From positions 608,001 through 672,000 of the forward strand of contig CBDBLV010000005.1 in NCBI GenBank assembly GCA_965207225.1: a DNA stretch of 64,000 nucleotides, given 5' to 3'. The stretch comes from Dehalococcoidia bacterium. GTDB taxonomy: Bacteria; Chloroflexota; Dehalococcoidia; Plut-88900. Positions 9,347-17,898 of this stretch are shown one piece after another (positions within the stretch are counted from its first letter, which is position 1; every line of letters starts with the position of its first letter). Under the pieces are notes generated by a model. The model worked only from the letters and a program-made list of their open reading frames with translations. It had not been told where the DNA came from and searched no databases. The position numbers and the translations under genes are program-made.

Positions 9347-10996
9347 TTGGTCAAGAAAGCGCTGATGCTGCTGGGAGTCCTCGCAATTGTCGGGGTCGCT
9401 GGCCTATCGCTGTTGCTGCCGGATGCCGTGAATGCAAGCGAGCACAGCGCGACCAGGTCCTTCTCCACCAATCCCGTAATCACCGGCGCCGAGCTGGAGG
9501 TCGAGATATCGGTCTCCGGCCTCGGCTCCTTCGGCCAGGTCCGGGAAACCCTACCGGAAGGCTTCTCCTTCGGCCGCTCCGATGAAGCCTCCACCACCGA
9601 CGGACAGAACGTCACCTTCACTCTCCTCGGCGGCGACAAGTCCTTCAGCTACTCCGTCACCGCCCCCTCGACGGCCGGGTCATACCAGTTCTCCGGCACC
9701 GTCAGCGACTCCAACAGGGACGCCCGGGACACCGGCGGCGACTCCTCCATAGAAGTGATAGACCCGCCCCTCGGGGCCCAGAGGTCCATAAGCCGTTCGT
9801 CCGTAACCACCGGAGAGCAGATAACAGTAAGCATAGACGCCTCGGGCTTCGGGATCGCGGCATCCGTGGAAGAGAGCCTTCCCGCTGGATTCTCCTACAT
9901 GGCCAGCAGCCTCTCCGCCGCCGCCGTTAACGTGAGCGACGACAGTATCAAGTTCACCCTCCTCGACGAGGACAGCTTCAGCTACACCCTTGTCGCCGGA
10001 GACCCCGGTGACTACACCATCTCCGGCACAATCACCGGCTTCGACAGGGCCTCCGAAGCCATCACCGGCGACGACAGCTTGATGGTAGTCGCATCCGTAG
10101 ACGCCGCCGCTGCCCGGTCCTTCGGCCCCGCCTTCGCAGACCCCGAGGGTGAAATCGCAGTGAGCATCGCGGCCTCGGGCTACGGGGCCGCCGCCCAGAT
10201 CGTGGAAATCATCCCTGATGGCTTCACCTACGTTGGCACGGACCTTCCCGGTGGCGCAATAGACACCTCCGGACAGTCCGTCACCTTCGTCCTGCTCGGC
10301 GAGTCGAGCTTCAGCTACACCGTATCGGCCCCCGCCGAAATGGGCGTCTACGCCTTCAGCGGTACCCTGACTGACATCGACCAGGCCGAGTCGGCAGTCG
10401 GTGGCGCAGCGGACCTCCACGTCAGCAACCCCGGCATCGTAATCGACGACAGCGGCGTCCGTGAAATCAACGAAAACACCCCGGCCGGCGTCCGCATCGG
10501 CGACCCGATCATGGCGTCCGCAGCAATCGGTGGCCTCACCTTCGAGATTACCAGCGCCGCCGCAGACACCTTCGACATCGAGAACGATGGCCAGCTCCGC
10601 ACCAAGGGCGACCTGGACTACGAGACCCGGTCCAGCTACTCGCTCAAGGTGACCATCACCGACGAGTTCGGTGGATCAGCATCCCTCGTGGTCACCGTCC
10701 AGGTCCTCGACCGTGACGAATACGTTCCACCGACGGCCACGCCTGAGCCCACGGCTACCCCGGCACCCACGGCCACCCCAGTCCCGACGGCAACGTCGGT
10801 ACCGCAGCGACCCACGGCCACCCCAGAGCCTACGGCCACCCCGGTCCCGACTGTAGAGCCCACGGCCACCCCGACCGTTGTGGAGCCAGACGAGGAAGCT
10901 GGGTTCCCGGTATGGGCCATTGTGATAATCGTAATTGCAGCGGTCGTAGTGGTAGGCGGCGGAGGGTACTTCGTCTACCGCAGACAGCAAGGCTAA
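9347..10996 (+). CDS. Second membrane-anchored 3x cohesin-like/cadherin/PT/TM scaffold protein
   Basis: Paralog of 1391-3061; TTG start at 9347 after an AG-rich RBS aligns with the paralog's signal peptide; C-terminal ~180 aa essentially identical. Confidence 0.8.
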   Translation: MVKKALMLLGVLAIVGVAGLSLLLPDAVNASEHSATRSFSTNPVITGAELEVEISVSGLGSFGQVRETLPEGFSFGRSDEASTTDGQNVTFTLLGGDKSFSYSVTAPSTAGSYQFSGTVSDSNRDARDTGGDSSIEVIDPPLGAQRSISRSSVTTGEQITVSIDASGFGIAASVEESLPAGFSYMASSLSAAAVNVSDDSIKFTLLDEDSFSYTLVAGDPGDYTISGTITGFDRASEAITGDDSLMVVASVDAAAARSFGPAFADPEGEIAVSIAASGYGAAAQIVEIIPDGFTYVGTDLPGGAIDTSGQSVTFVLLGESSFSYTVSAPAEMGVYAFSGTLTDIDQAESAVGGAADLHVSNPGIVIDDSGVREINENTPAGVRIGDPIMASAAIGGLTFEITSAAADTFDIENDGQLRTKGDLDYETRSSYSLKVTITDEFGGSASLVVTVQVLDRDEYVPPTATPEPTATPAPTATPVPTATSVPQRPTATPEPTATPVPTVEPTATPTVVEPDEEAGFPVWAIVIIVIAAVVVVGGGGYFVYRRQQG

Positions 10997-11156
10997 TCGG
11001 TTAGACCAGCGGTTGCCCTGGCCAGATAGCATAAAATAGAGTGAAATCCGCCCCCGGGGAGCAATCCCTGGGGGCGGATTCTTTCGTGGTGCGTGAGTTC
11101 TCCTCCTATTTCAGCTACAATGCCCCTGCACCACCTCACGCCTCGGGAGTACTTCA

Positions 11157-11459
11157 ATGCGCCTGACCGCCAAGGAGATGGACCGCCTGACCATCTTCAC
11201 CGCCGCCCAGCTTGCCCGCAGGCGTCGGGACAAGGGCCTGAAGCTAAACTATCCCGAGGCTGTTGCCCTCATCTCCGATGAGCTCCTCGAAGACGGCCGC
11301 GAAGGCAAGTCCTACGAAGAAGTGATTGAGCGCGCAGGCCGAATCCTCACCCGAGACGATGTCCTGGACGGCGTCCCCGACCTGGTAACCCCCCTCCGCC
11401 TGGAAGTAACCTTCGACGACGGCAACAAGCTCATATACTTGGAGGATCCCATCAAGTAA
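11157..11459 (+). CDS. ureA: Urease subunit gamma (copy 2)
   Basis: Protein identical to 3217-3519. Confidence 0.95.
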   Translation: MRLTAKEMDRLTIFTAAQLARRRRDKGLKLNYPEAVALISDELLEDGREGKSYEEVIERAGRILTRDDVLDGVPDLVTPLRLEVTFDDGNKLIYLEDPIK

Positions 11460-11460
11460 G

Positions 11461-11844
11461 GTGAGTCACTCTATGAAGCCCGGCGAAGTTATCAGCAGTG
11501 AAGCCGCACTCCCAATAAATCAGGACAGGACAGCAGTCACCATTTCGGTGACCAATACCTCTGACCATGCGGTTCAGGTCACTTCCCACTACCATTTCTT
11601 CGAAGCGAATAAGCGCCTCCGCTTCAACAGGACTGCAGCCTACGGGAAGAGACTCGACGTACCCTCGGGCTCCGCTGTGCGATGGCAACCTGGCGAGACC
11701 CGAGACGTTACCCTCATCGACATCGCTGGCAAACGTCGAGTCTATGGCTTTCAGGGACTGGTCAACGGCCAATTGACCGACGAACAGCGCGGCGAGGCCT
11801 TCCGTTTGGCCCAGGTCCGAGGTTTCCTTAATCAGGAAGCTTGA
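11461..11844 (+). CDS. ureB: Urease subunit beta (copy 2)
   Basis: Four aa differences from copy 1. Confidence 0.95.
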   Translation: MSHSMKPGEVISSEAALPINQDRTAVTISVTNTSDHAVQVTSHYHFFEANKRLRFNRTAAYGKRLDVPSGSAVRWQPGETRDVTLIDIAGKRRVYGFQGLVNGQLTDEQRGEAFRLAQVRGFLNQEA

Positions 11845-11846
11845 AC

Positions 11847-13523
11847 ATGACCCACGAGATGGACAGGGCCCATTACAACGCCCTTTACGGCCCCACCGTC
11901 GGGGACCGCATCCGATTAGGTGACACTGACCTCTTCCTCCTGGTAGAAGCCGACCACACCTCCTACGGAAACGAGATCACCCACGGCTGGGGGAAGAACA
12001 CCCGCACCGGGATGATGCACGCTTACCGTACGCCCAGTGACAGCGAGCTTGATGATGTCATCGTGGGCGCTGTAGTTGCCGATCCGGTTCTAGGCATATT
12101 CAAGGGTGATATCGGGATCAAGGACGGTGTGATAGCTGGCATTGGTCGAGCTGGCAACCCTGACATAATGGACGGCGTCGACTTGGTCTTGGGCCCCAAC
12201 ACCAACGTCTTCCCTGCTGCCGGGCTGATCGCTACCCCCGGAGGCGTCGATAGCCACGTCCACATTTATCACAACCCAAAACTGCTCGAAACGGCCATCG
12301 GGGCGGGCGTCACTACCTTTATCGGTGCTGGACTCAACCACAACGGTGAATTCACCATCCACAAGTACTTCGAGGCCTTCGAAGGCGTCCCCATAAACCT
12401 TGGCGTCCAGGGCCGAGGCGCCGCCAGCCACCCCGCCCCCATCGAGCGCAATATCGAAGCCGGCGCCTGCGGCATGAAGATCCACGAAGACGAGGGTGCT
12501 TATCCCTACATCATCGACCTCTGCCTTCAGGTCGCCGAGCAATACGACGTTTCAGTCGCCCTTCATACCGACGGCCTTCAGGAGTCCATGCAGGTGAACG
12601 ACACCATAGAGGCAATCGGTGGCAGGGCCCTCCACGCATATCACGTCGAAGGCGTTGGAGGTGGCCATGCCCCTGACCTTCTCAAACTGGCCGGTGTCGA
12701 AAACATAATGACCTCATCCACCACCCCCACCGTTCCCTATACCGCCGGCACCTACCAAGAACACTTCCCCATGACCGCCCTTGTTCATGGCCTAACTCCT
12801 CATCTTCCCACGGATGTCGCTGCCCTTGAAGCCCGTGTCCGTCGCGAGACCATGGCCGCAGAGGACGTTCTCCACGACATTGGCGCAGTTCCAATCATCA
12901 ACTCCGACTCCCAGGGAATGGGCCGTATCGGGGAAGTCGTTACTCGCACTTGGCAGCTTGCCCACAAGATGAAGAGGGAACGAGGGAGCGTTAATCCGGA
13001 TCACGACAACGACCGAATCCTCCAGTATCTGGCCAAGATTACGATCAACCCTGCCATTACCCACGGCATTTCCGAATATGTGGGGTCACTCCGTAATGGC
13101 AGGATGGCAGACATTGTCCTTTGGGACCCTCGCTTCTTTGGAGTGAAGCCCGACACCGTCTTCAAGGGCGGCTTCGTTGCCTGGGGTGCGAATGGAGAAG
13201 GCAATGCCTCCATATCCAGGTGTGAGCCAACTATCTACGGACCTGCCTTCGGGGCTATGGGGCGCGCCGCGGGTAGACTCAGCGCCTTTTTCGTATCCCA
13301 GGCATCTCTTGACAAAGGTCTGGCTGAGAACCTGCGCTCCCACCGAAAGCTCCTGCCCGTCAGAAACATACGCAGCGCATCCAAGAGGAAAATGGTCCTC
13401 AACACCCTTAATCCGACCATCGACGTTGATCCCCGGACCTCTCGCGTTCTCGTGGACGGTCGGGAGGCTGTCTCAGAGGCAGTAAAGCAGGTACCGCTCA
13501 ACCGACTCTATGTGATTACATGA
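11847..13523 (+). CDS. ureC: Urease subunit alpha (copy 2, different C-terminus)
   Basis: Same as copy 1 up to GGFVAWG, then a diverged last ~110 aa. Confidence 0.93.
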   Translation: MTHEMDRAHYNALYGPTVGDRIRLGDTDLFLLVEADHTSYGNEITHGWGKNTRTGMMHAYRTPSDSELDDVIVGAVVADPVLGIFKGDIGIKDGVIAGIGRAGNPDIMDGVDLVLGPNTNVFPAAGLIATPGGVDSHVHIYHNPKLLETAIGAGVTTFIGAGLNHNGEFTIHKYFEAFEGVPINLGVQGRGAASHPAPIERNIEAGACGMKIHEDEGAYPYIIDLCLQVAEQYDVSVALHTDGLQESMQVNDTIEAIGGRALHAYHVEGVGGGHAPDLLKLAGVENIMTSSTTPTVPYTAGTYQEHFPMTALVHGLTPHLPTDVAALEARVRRETMAAEDVLHDIGAVPIINSDSQGMGRIGEVVTRTWQLAHKMKRERGSVNPDHDNDRILQYLAKITINPAITHGISEYVGSLRNGRMADIVLWDPRFFGVKPDTVFKGGFVAWGANGEGNASISRCEPTIYGPAFGAMGRAAGRLSAFFVSQASLDKGLAENLRSHRKLLPVRNIRSASKRKMVLNTLNPTIDVDPRTSRVLVDGREAVSEAVKQVPLNRLYVIT

Positions 13524-13659
13524 TGAGGCTCTATGCCCAGGTGCTCCTAACTGAGTGTCAACCCTGGGTCGTTTGAAGTGGTCGGGCAATATATCTTCCC
13601 GCTCTGCTGCCAGGAATGCAAAGGCCTCGCCAAAGCTGCTAATGTGGATCACAAAGGAA

Positions 13660-13734
13660 TGGAGCCAGCGAAGGGAATCGAACCCTTGGCCTGCGGTTTA
13701 CGAAACCGCTGCTCTACCGCTGAGCTACGCTGGC
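13660..13734 (-). tRNA. tRNA-Thr(CGT)
   Basis: Reverse complement gccagcgtagctcagcggtagagcagcggtttcgtaaaccgcaggccaagggttcgattcccttcgctggctcca; anticodon CGT, encoded CCA. Confidence 0.96.
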
Positions 13735-13817
13735 CTCAATGCCGGGCCCTCACGCCCGACATACCATATTATCAATAGGAATCCGCCCTTTGTAAATCTA
13801 CCCCTTCGCCCCGACTC

Positions 13818-13845
13818 TGGACATTCCCAGCACCCCGGCTATAAT
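13818..13845 (+). promoter_or_regulatory. Putative sigma70 promoter
   Basis: TGGACA-N16-TATAAT upstream of the 13889 ORF. Confidence 0.5.
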
Positions 13846-13888
13846 TGGAGCAGCGGCTTGGAGCCGCCACCAAACCACTGGAGACAGC

Positions 13889-14080
13889 ATGGACCGCATA
13901 CCTTCAAGTATTCTTCTCCCTCTCATGGCTGGCATCTTCGTCCTCGTTGTTGGTGGAGGGCTGGGGGTCATATTCACCCTCGCCGGAATCATGGGCACCA
14001 TCATCATCGGATTGGCCATAGTTATCCTCTCACCTATCATTGCCTTCTGGTTGGCTAAGGGCCAGCGCACTAGCTCCTGA
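13889..14080 (+). CDS. Small 2-TM membrane protein
   Basis: 63 aa, two hydrophobic helices, GGAG RBS, hairpin terminator at ~14110-14140. Confidence 0.65.
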   Translation: MDRIPSSILLPLMAGIFVLVVGGGLGVIFTLAGIMGTIIIGLAIVILSPIIAFWLAKGQRTSS

Positions 14081-14223
14081 CCTCACTCCAACAGAGCCAG
14101 CCCATCAAGAAAGAGAGCGTATTGCGCTCTCTTTTCTCTTTCCTTCAGCCGGTGCCTCCTGTTGCGCAACAGCCGACCGGAAATGTAGTATGCCCCCGAC
14201 CCCCAACCTTCCAGGAGGTGACC

Positions 14224-15435
14224 ATGTCCCGGCTTGTCATCACCAACTGCCACCTTATCGACGCCGTTTCAGATCACGCGCAGCCCGATGCCAGCATCGC
14301 CATAGAAGACGGCCTCATCACCCACATCGAGACAAACGGCAACAGCATAGATGCCGACGGCACCCGAGTTATTGATGCCGGGGGCGGCTGGCTCCTCCCG
14401 GGACTCTGGGACGTCCATGTTCACCTCATGTTCCCCTATCCCCCGCCTAAGACCATCCCCGAGCGCGTCGTCAGCTACGGTAAAAATGCCATGGAAGGCC
14501 TCACGGGGAGTGGAGTCACCGGCATCCGCAGCGGCGGTATTGAGCACTGGATAGACGTCGCCTGGCGGGACGCCTTCACCTCAGGCCAGTACCTGGGCCC
14601 CCGAGTCTTCGCTTCCGGCTACTTTCTCACCACCACTGGCGGACACGGCACCCGATGGCCCTTCTCTCAGCAGTGTGACGGCCCTGAAGACTTCGTTCTC
14701 GCCGTCCGAAAGCAGATCGAGAATAACGTTGACCACATCAAGCTGAACCTATCCGGCGGCATCATGGGCCCCGACTGGGACCGCCACTGGCACAGCTTCT
14801 TCCTCCCAGACGAGATGGAAGCCACCTACCAGGTCTGCCACCAGCGAGACATGAAGGTTATGTCCCACGCCGCCAACCCCGACGCCGTCAAGGGCGCCGT
14901 TCGCAACGACACCTGGACCGTAGAGCACGGCTACATAATGGACGATGAGTGCCTCGATATGATGAAGGAAAAGGGCACCATCTACGTCCCCACCCTCGGC
15001 ATCAGCCACCTCACCCCCAGGCAGGTTACCAATGAATGGGAGCAAGAGTACCTGGAGGTAAAGCAGATCTCCGCCGAAATGCTCGCCCGAGCAGACGCCG
15101 CCGTCGAAGAGCACGCCATGTGGTTCAAGAAGGCCCTCGACTCCGGTGTCAAGATGGCCCTCGGCTCAGACCTCGGCCCCGTCAAGGATGCCGTTCACCT
15201 GGAGATGGGCCTCTGGGTCCGGGACGGAGCCACGCCCATGCAGGCCATCAAGGCAGCTACCGCCATGTCCGCCCTGACTTGCGGCGTCGATGACAAGCTC
15301 GGCACCGTAGAGGTAGGAAAGATTGCTGACCTCATAGTCGTCGGCGCCGACCCCCTTGAGAACATCGATAACATGCGCCAACTCCGGATGGTCTTCAAGG
15401 ACGGTCGCCTCGTCGTCGATAAGACCACTGATTGA
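14224..15435 (+). CDS. Amidohydrolase (imidazolonepropionase/Xaa-Pro dipeptidase-like)
   Basis: LLPGLWDVHVH, DHIKL, SHA, VEHG, GSD, GTVEVGKIADL; GGAGGTG RBS before ATG 14224. Confidence 0.9.
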   Translation: MSRLVITNCHLIDAVSDHAQPDASIAIEDGLITHIETNGNSIDADGTRVIDAGGGWLLPGLWDVHVHLMFPYPPPKTIPERVVSYGKNAMEGLTGSGVTGIRSGGIEHWIDVAWRDAFTSGQYLGPRVFASGYFLTTTGGHGTRWPFSQQCDGPEDFVLAVRKQIENNVDHIKLNLSGGIMGPDWDRHWHSFFLPDEMEATYQVCHQRDMKVMSHAANPDAVKGAVRNDTWTVEHGYIMDDECLDMMKEKGTIYVPTLGISHLTPRQVTNEWEQEYLEVKQISAEMLARADAAVEEHAMWFKKALDSGVKMALGSDLGPVKDAVHLEMGLWVRDGATPMQAIKAATAMSALTCGVDDKLGTVEVGKIADLIVVGADPLENIDNMRQLRMVFKDGRLVVDKTTD

Positions 15436-15461
15436 CCTCCCCACTGCAAGGAGCTTCCCCC

Positions 15462-16598
15462 ATGTCTGAAATATACACGCCCTCCGTATACTCCAACCTG
15501 GGCGTCAAACGAGTCATCTGTGCCCGCAGCAGCTCCACTGTCCTCGGCGGCTCCATCCTCAGCCCCACCGTCCAGAACGCTATGGAGAAGGCCAACCGTA
15601 TCTACGTGGAAATGCCCGAACTTATCGAAAAGGCGGGCGAGGCCATCGCAGACCTCATTGGCGCCGAGGCCGCCCACCCCACCCCCGGTTGCTTTGCTGC
15701 CGTCTCTCTCGGTGTGTCCGGCGTTATGACTGGCGGCGACCCCGACCTCGTCTCCCGCCTCCCGGACACTTCTGGCCTAAAGAACGAGTTCCTCATCCAG
15801 AAATGCGCCCGATACTCCTACGACCGTAGCGTCACTGTTTCCGGCGCCCGCATGATCGAGGTAGGCGATGATGACCAAACAACGCCCAACCAGCTAGTCC
15901 AGGCCATAGGCCCGAGCGCCGGCGGCATCGTCTACGCAGCCCACCAGGAATGCGAGCCCGGGATCCTCCCCCTCTCCGAGGTAGTATCCATAGCTAAGGA
16001 AGCCGGTATCGCCGTAATCGTCGATGCCGCCTACCAGGTCTATCCCCTCGAGCGCATCACAGAGCTTGTCAGCAGCGGCGCCGACATCGTCTGCTTCAGT
16101 GCCAAGTACATGGGCGGCCCCAACTCCACGGGTTTCCTATGTGGCAATAAGGAAGCTGTGCGTGCCGCAGCCCTCAACGGCTTCATGGCCTTCGAGACGG
16201 AGAAGAACCGAAACCTGGGCCGGGGCTACAAGATTGACCGACAGGAAGTTGTCGCAGTCGTCGCCGTTCTGCGGGAGTGGCTGAAAATGGACCACGAGGC
16301 CCGGCTCGCCGACCAGGACCGTCGATTCCAGGTCGTCGCGGAGTCCCTCGCCGGCCTTCCCCACCTCGACGTTACCCAGGGTTGGTACGACCGCTACTGC
16401 TCCATGGAAATGAAAATCGCCATCGACGAACAGGCCCTCGGCCGCACCGCCGCCTCCGTCGAACAGGCCCTCAGGGAAGGCGACCCCTGCATCTGGCTCT
16501 GGCTCGAAGGATCATCCCTCAAACTCGGCGTCGACACCCTCCTGGAAGGTGAAGAACACATCCTCGCCCGCCGCCTCCGCGAAGAGCTAACTACCTGA
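15462..16598 (+). CDS. SelA/DgaE-like PLP-dependent enzyme
   Basis: LGVKRVICA..S.TVLGGS, VIVDAA, GADIVCFSAKYMGGP, GRGYKIDRQE. Confidence 0.8.
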   Translation: MSEIYTPSVYSNLGVKRVICARSSSTVLGGSILSPTVQNAMEKANRIYVEMPELIEKAGEAIADLIGAEAAHPTPGCFAAVSLGVSGVMTGGDPDLVSRLPDTSGLKNEFLIQKCARYSYDRSVTVSGARMIEVGDDDQTTPNQLVQAIGPSAGGIVYAAHQECEPGILPLSEVVSIAKEAGIAVIVDAAYQVYPLERITELVSSGADIVCFSAKYMGGPNSTGFLCGNKEAVRAAALNGFMAFETEKNRNLGRGYKIDRQEVVAVVAVLREWLKMDHEARLADQDRRFQVVAESLAGLPHLDVTQGWYDRYCSMEMKIAIDEQALGRTAASVEQALREGDPCIWLWLEGSSLKLGVDTLLEGEEHILARRLREELTT

Positions 16599-16739
16599 AG
16601 TACTCGAAAAACTCTTTCAAAGAACTAATTTCATGCCTAGCCCCGTCTAGGATCGCCGAGAACGCCCCTCTCCCTTCCAACCCGACTCCGAAGTCATCCC
16701 AACCCCAAAATCGCACCCTTTTGTGGCCCGATTTTCCCC

Positions 16740-17846
16740 CTACCCCCCGTTCAACGAAAACCCATAAATCCGCGCCGCATTCTCCCCCACTATCTTCCGC
16801 TTGTCGCTCTCCGACAGGTCACCGAACGTCCTCTCGATTACTTCCTGCGAATTCGGGAACGTCCCCTCGTCGTGTGGATAATCGCTTCCCCACAGCAGAA
16901 CGTCGGCCCCTGTCAAAGAGATGTTTAGCAATGCAGGAAGATCATCTCCAAAGGTTAGCCCGCCCTGCCTCTTGAAATACTCGCTGGGTTGCATCTGGAG
17001 CTTGGGACGGATCCACATGTGTTTTTTCTCGGCCTGCTCGTCCAGTGCGTAAAGGAGCCACGCTAGCCACCCTGCCCCACACTCCGCCACCACGAACCGG
17101 ATCCCGGGGTGCCTCTCCAGCACCCCCGAGCAGATCAGGTCCGTTATCGGCTCCTGCACCTGCGACATCCCGCACACCAGCCACTTGATGAATCCGCCCT
17201 GCTCCTCCTCCCCTATCTCATCCGGGAACGGATCATAGTCCACCGCCCGGGCATGTAGGCTCAGCGCCATTCCCGAATCCTCGATAGCCTGCCACAGCGG
17301 CTCGTACTCCGGCTGGTTGTAGGGCAGCCTGCTCACCAGGGCGGGTATGGACGCCACCTTGAACCCCAGGGCGGCCAGCCTCTTGATCTCCTTAATCCCC
17401 CTGTCGATGTCGATCACCGGGACCACCCCGACCGGTGCAAACCTGTCTCCCTGGGGCCGGAAATGCTCGATCACCCAGTTGTTGTATGGCTGTGCCACCG
17501 CCATCTGGTAGTCGGGGTCCGGCGAGCTGTAGATCCAAAGGGTGTAGTCGGGATAGATCACCTCGGCGCTCACCCCGTCCCGCTCGATCTCTGAGATCCG
17601 CCGCTCCAAGTTCCGACCACCCCATTCCTCGTGCCGGAACTCCTTCTCACGGTCCTCTTCCGTCAGACGGGCCTCCGCCAGGTCCAGCCTCCGTCGTTTT
17701 CGCCCCTCCACCACCCGGTACGTGGCCCCGTTTTCCTGGATGATCTTTGGAGTCCTGTGCCGGAACTCCGGCGCCACCAGCTCCGTGTACAGCTCGGGAG
17801 GCTCCGCTACGTGCGAGTCCGCCGATATGATCGTGTAGCCTGCCAT
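16740..17846 (-). CDS. Amidohydrolase_2 family protein
   Basis: ISADSHVAEP...SLHA...AECGAGW...WGSDYPHDEGTFP...GENAARIYG. Confidence 0.9.
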   Translation of the reverse strand: MAGYTIISADSHVAEPPELYTELVAPEFRHRTPKIIQENGATYRVVEGRKRRRLDLAEARLTEEDREKEFRHEEWGGRNLERRISEIERDGVSAEVIYPDYTLWIYSSPDPDYQMAVAQPYNNWVIEHFRPQGDRFAPVGVVPVIDIDRGIKEIKRLAALGFKVASIPALVSRLPYNQPEYEPLWQAIEDSGMALSLHARAVDYDPFPDEIGEEEQGGFIKWLVCGMSQVQEPITDLICSGVLERHPGIRFVVAECGAGWLAWLLYALDEQAEKKHMWIRPKLQMQPSEYFKRQGGLTFGDDLPALLNISLTGADVLLWGSDYPHDEGTFPNSQEVIERTFGDLSESDKRKIVGENAARIYGFSLNGG

Positions 17847-17898
17847 GTTTCGCCTCCCTGCCCCTTATTTGACCTGCGGCCCCGATGCCCGGGCCCCG

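Larger units (their letters stand above)
10456..13186 (+). repeat. Direct repeat copy 2
   Basis: Near-identical to 2521-5246. Confidence 0.92.

Noticed and set aside
5247-13523. Diversity-generating retroelement explanation for the variable ureC 3' end and the amidohydrolase repeats
   Set aside because: No reverse transcriptase is present, and the differences are not adenine-specific and are often synonymous
13555-14058. 167-aa ORF
   Set aside because: It overlaps tRNA-Thr antisense and the small membrane gene, and has no protein motifs
15462-16598. Bona fide selA to partner the Sec-selD
   Set aside because: Length and motifs fit the DgaE/SelA-like family, and no selB or selC is adjacent
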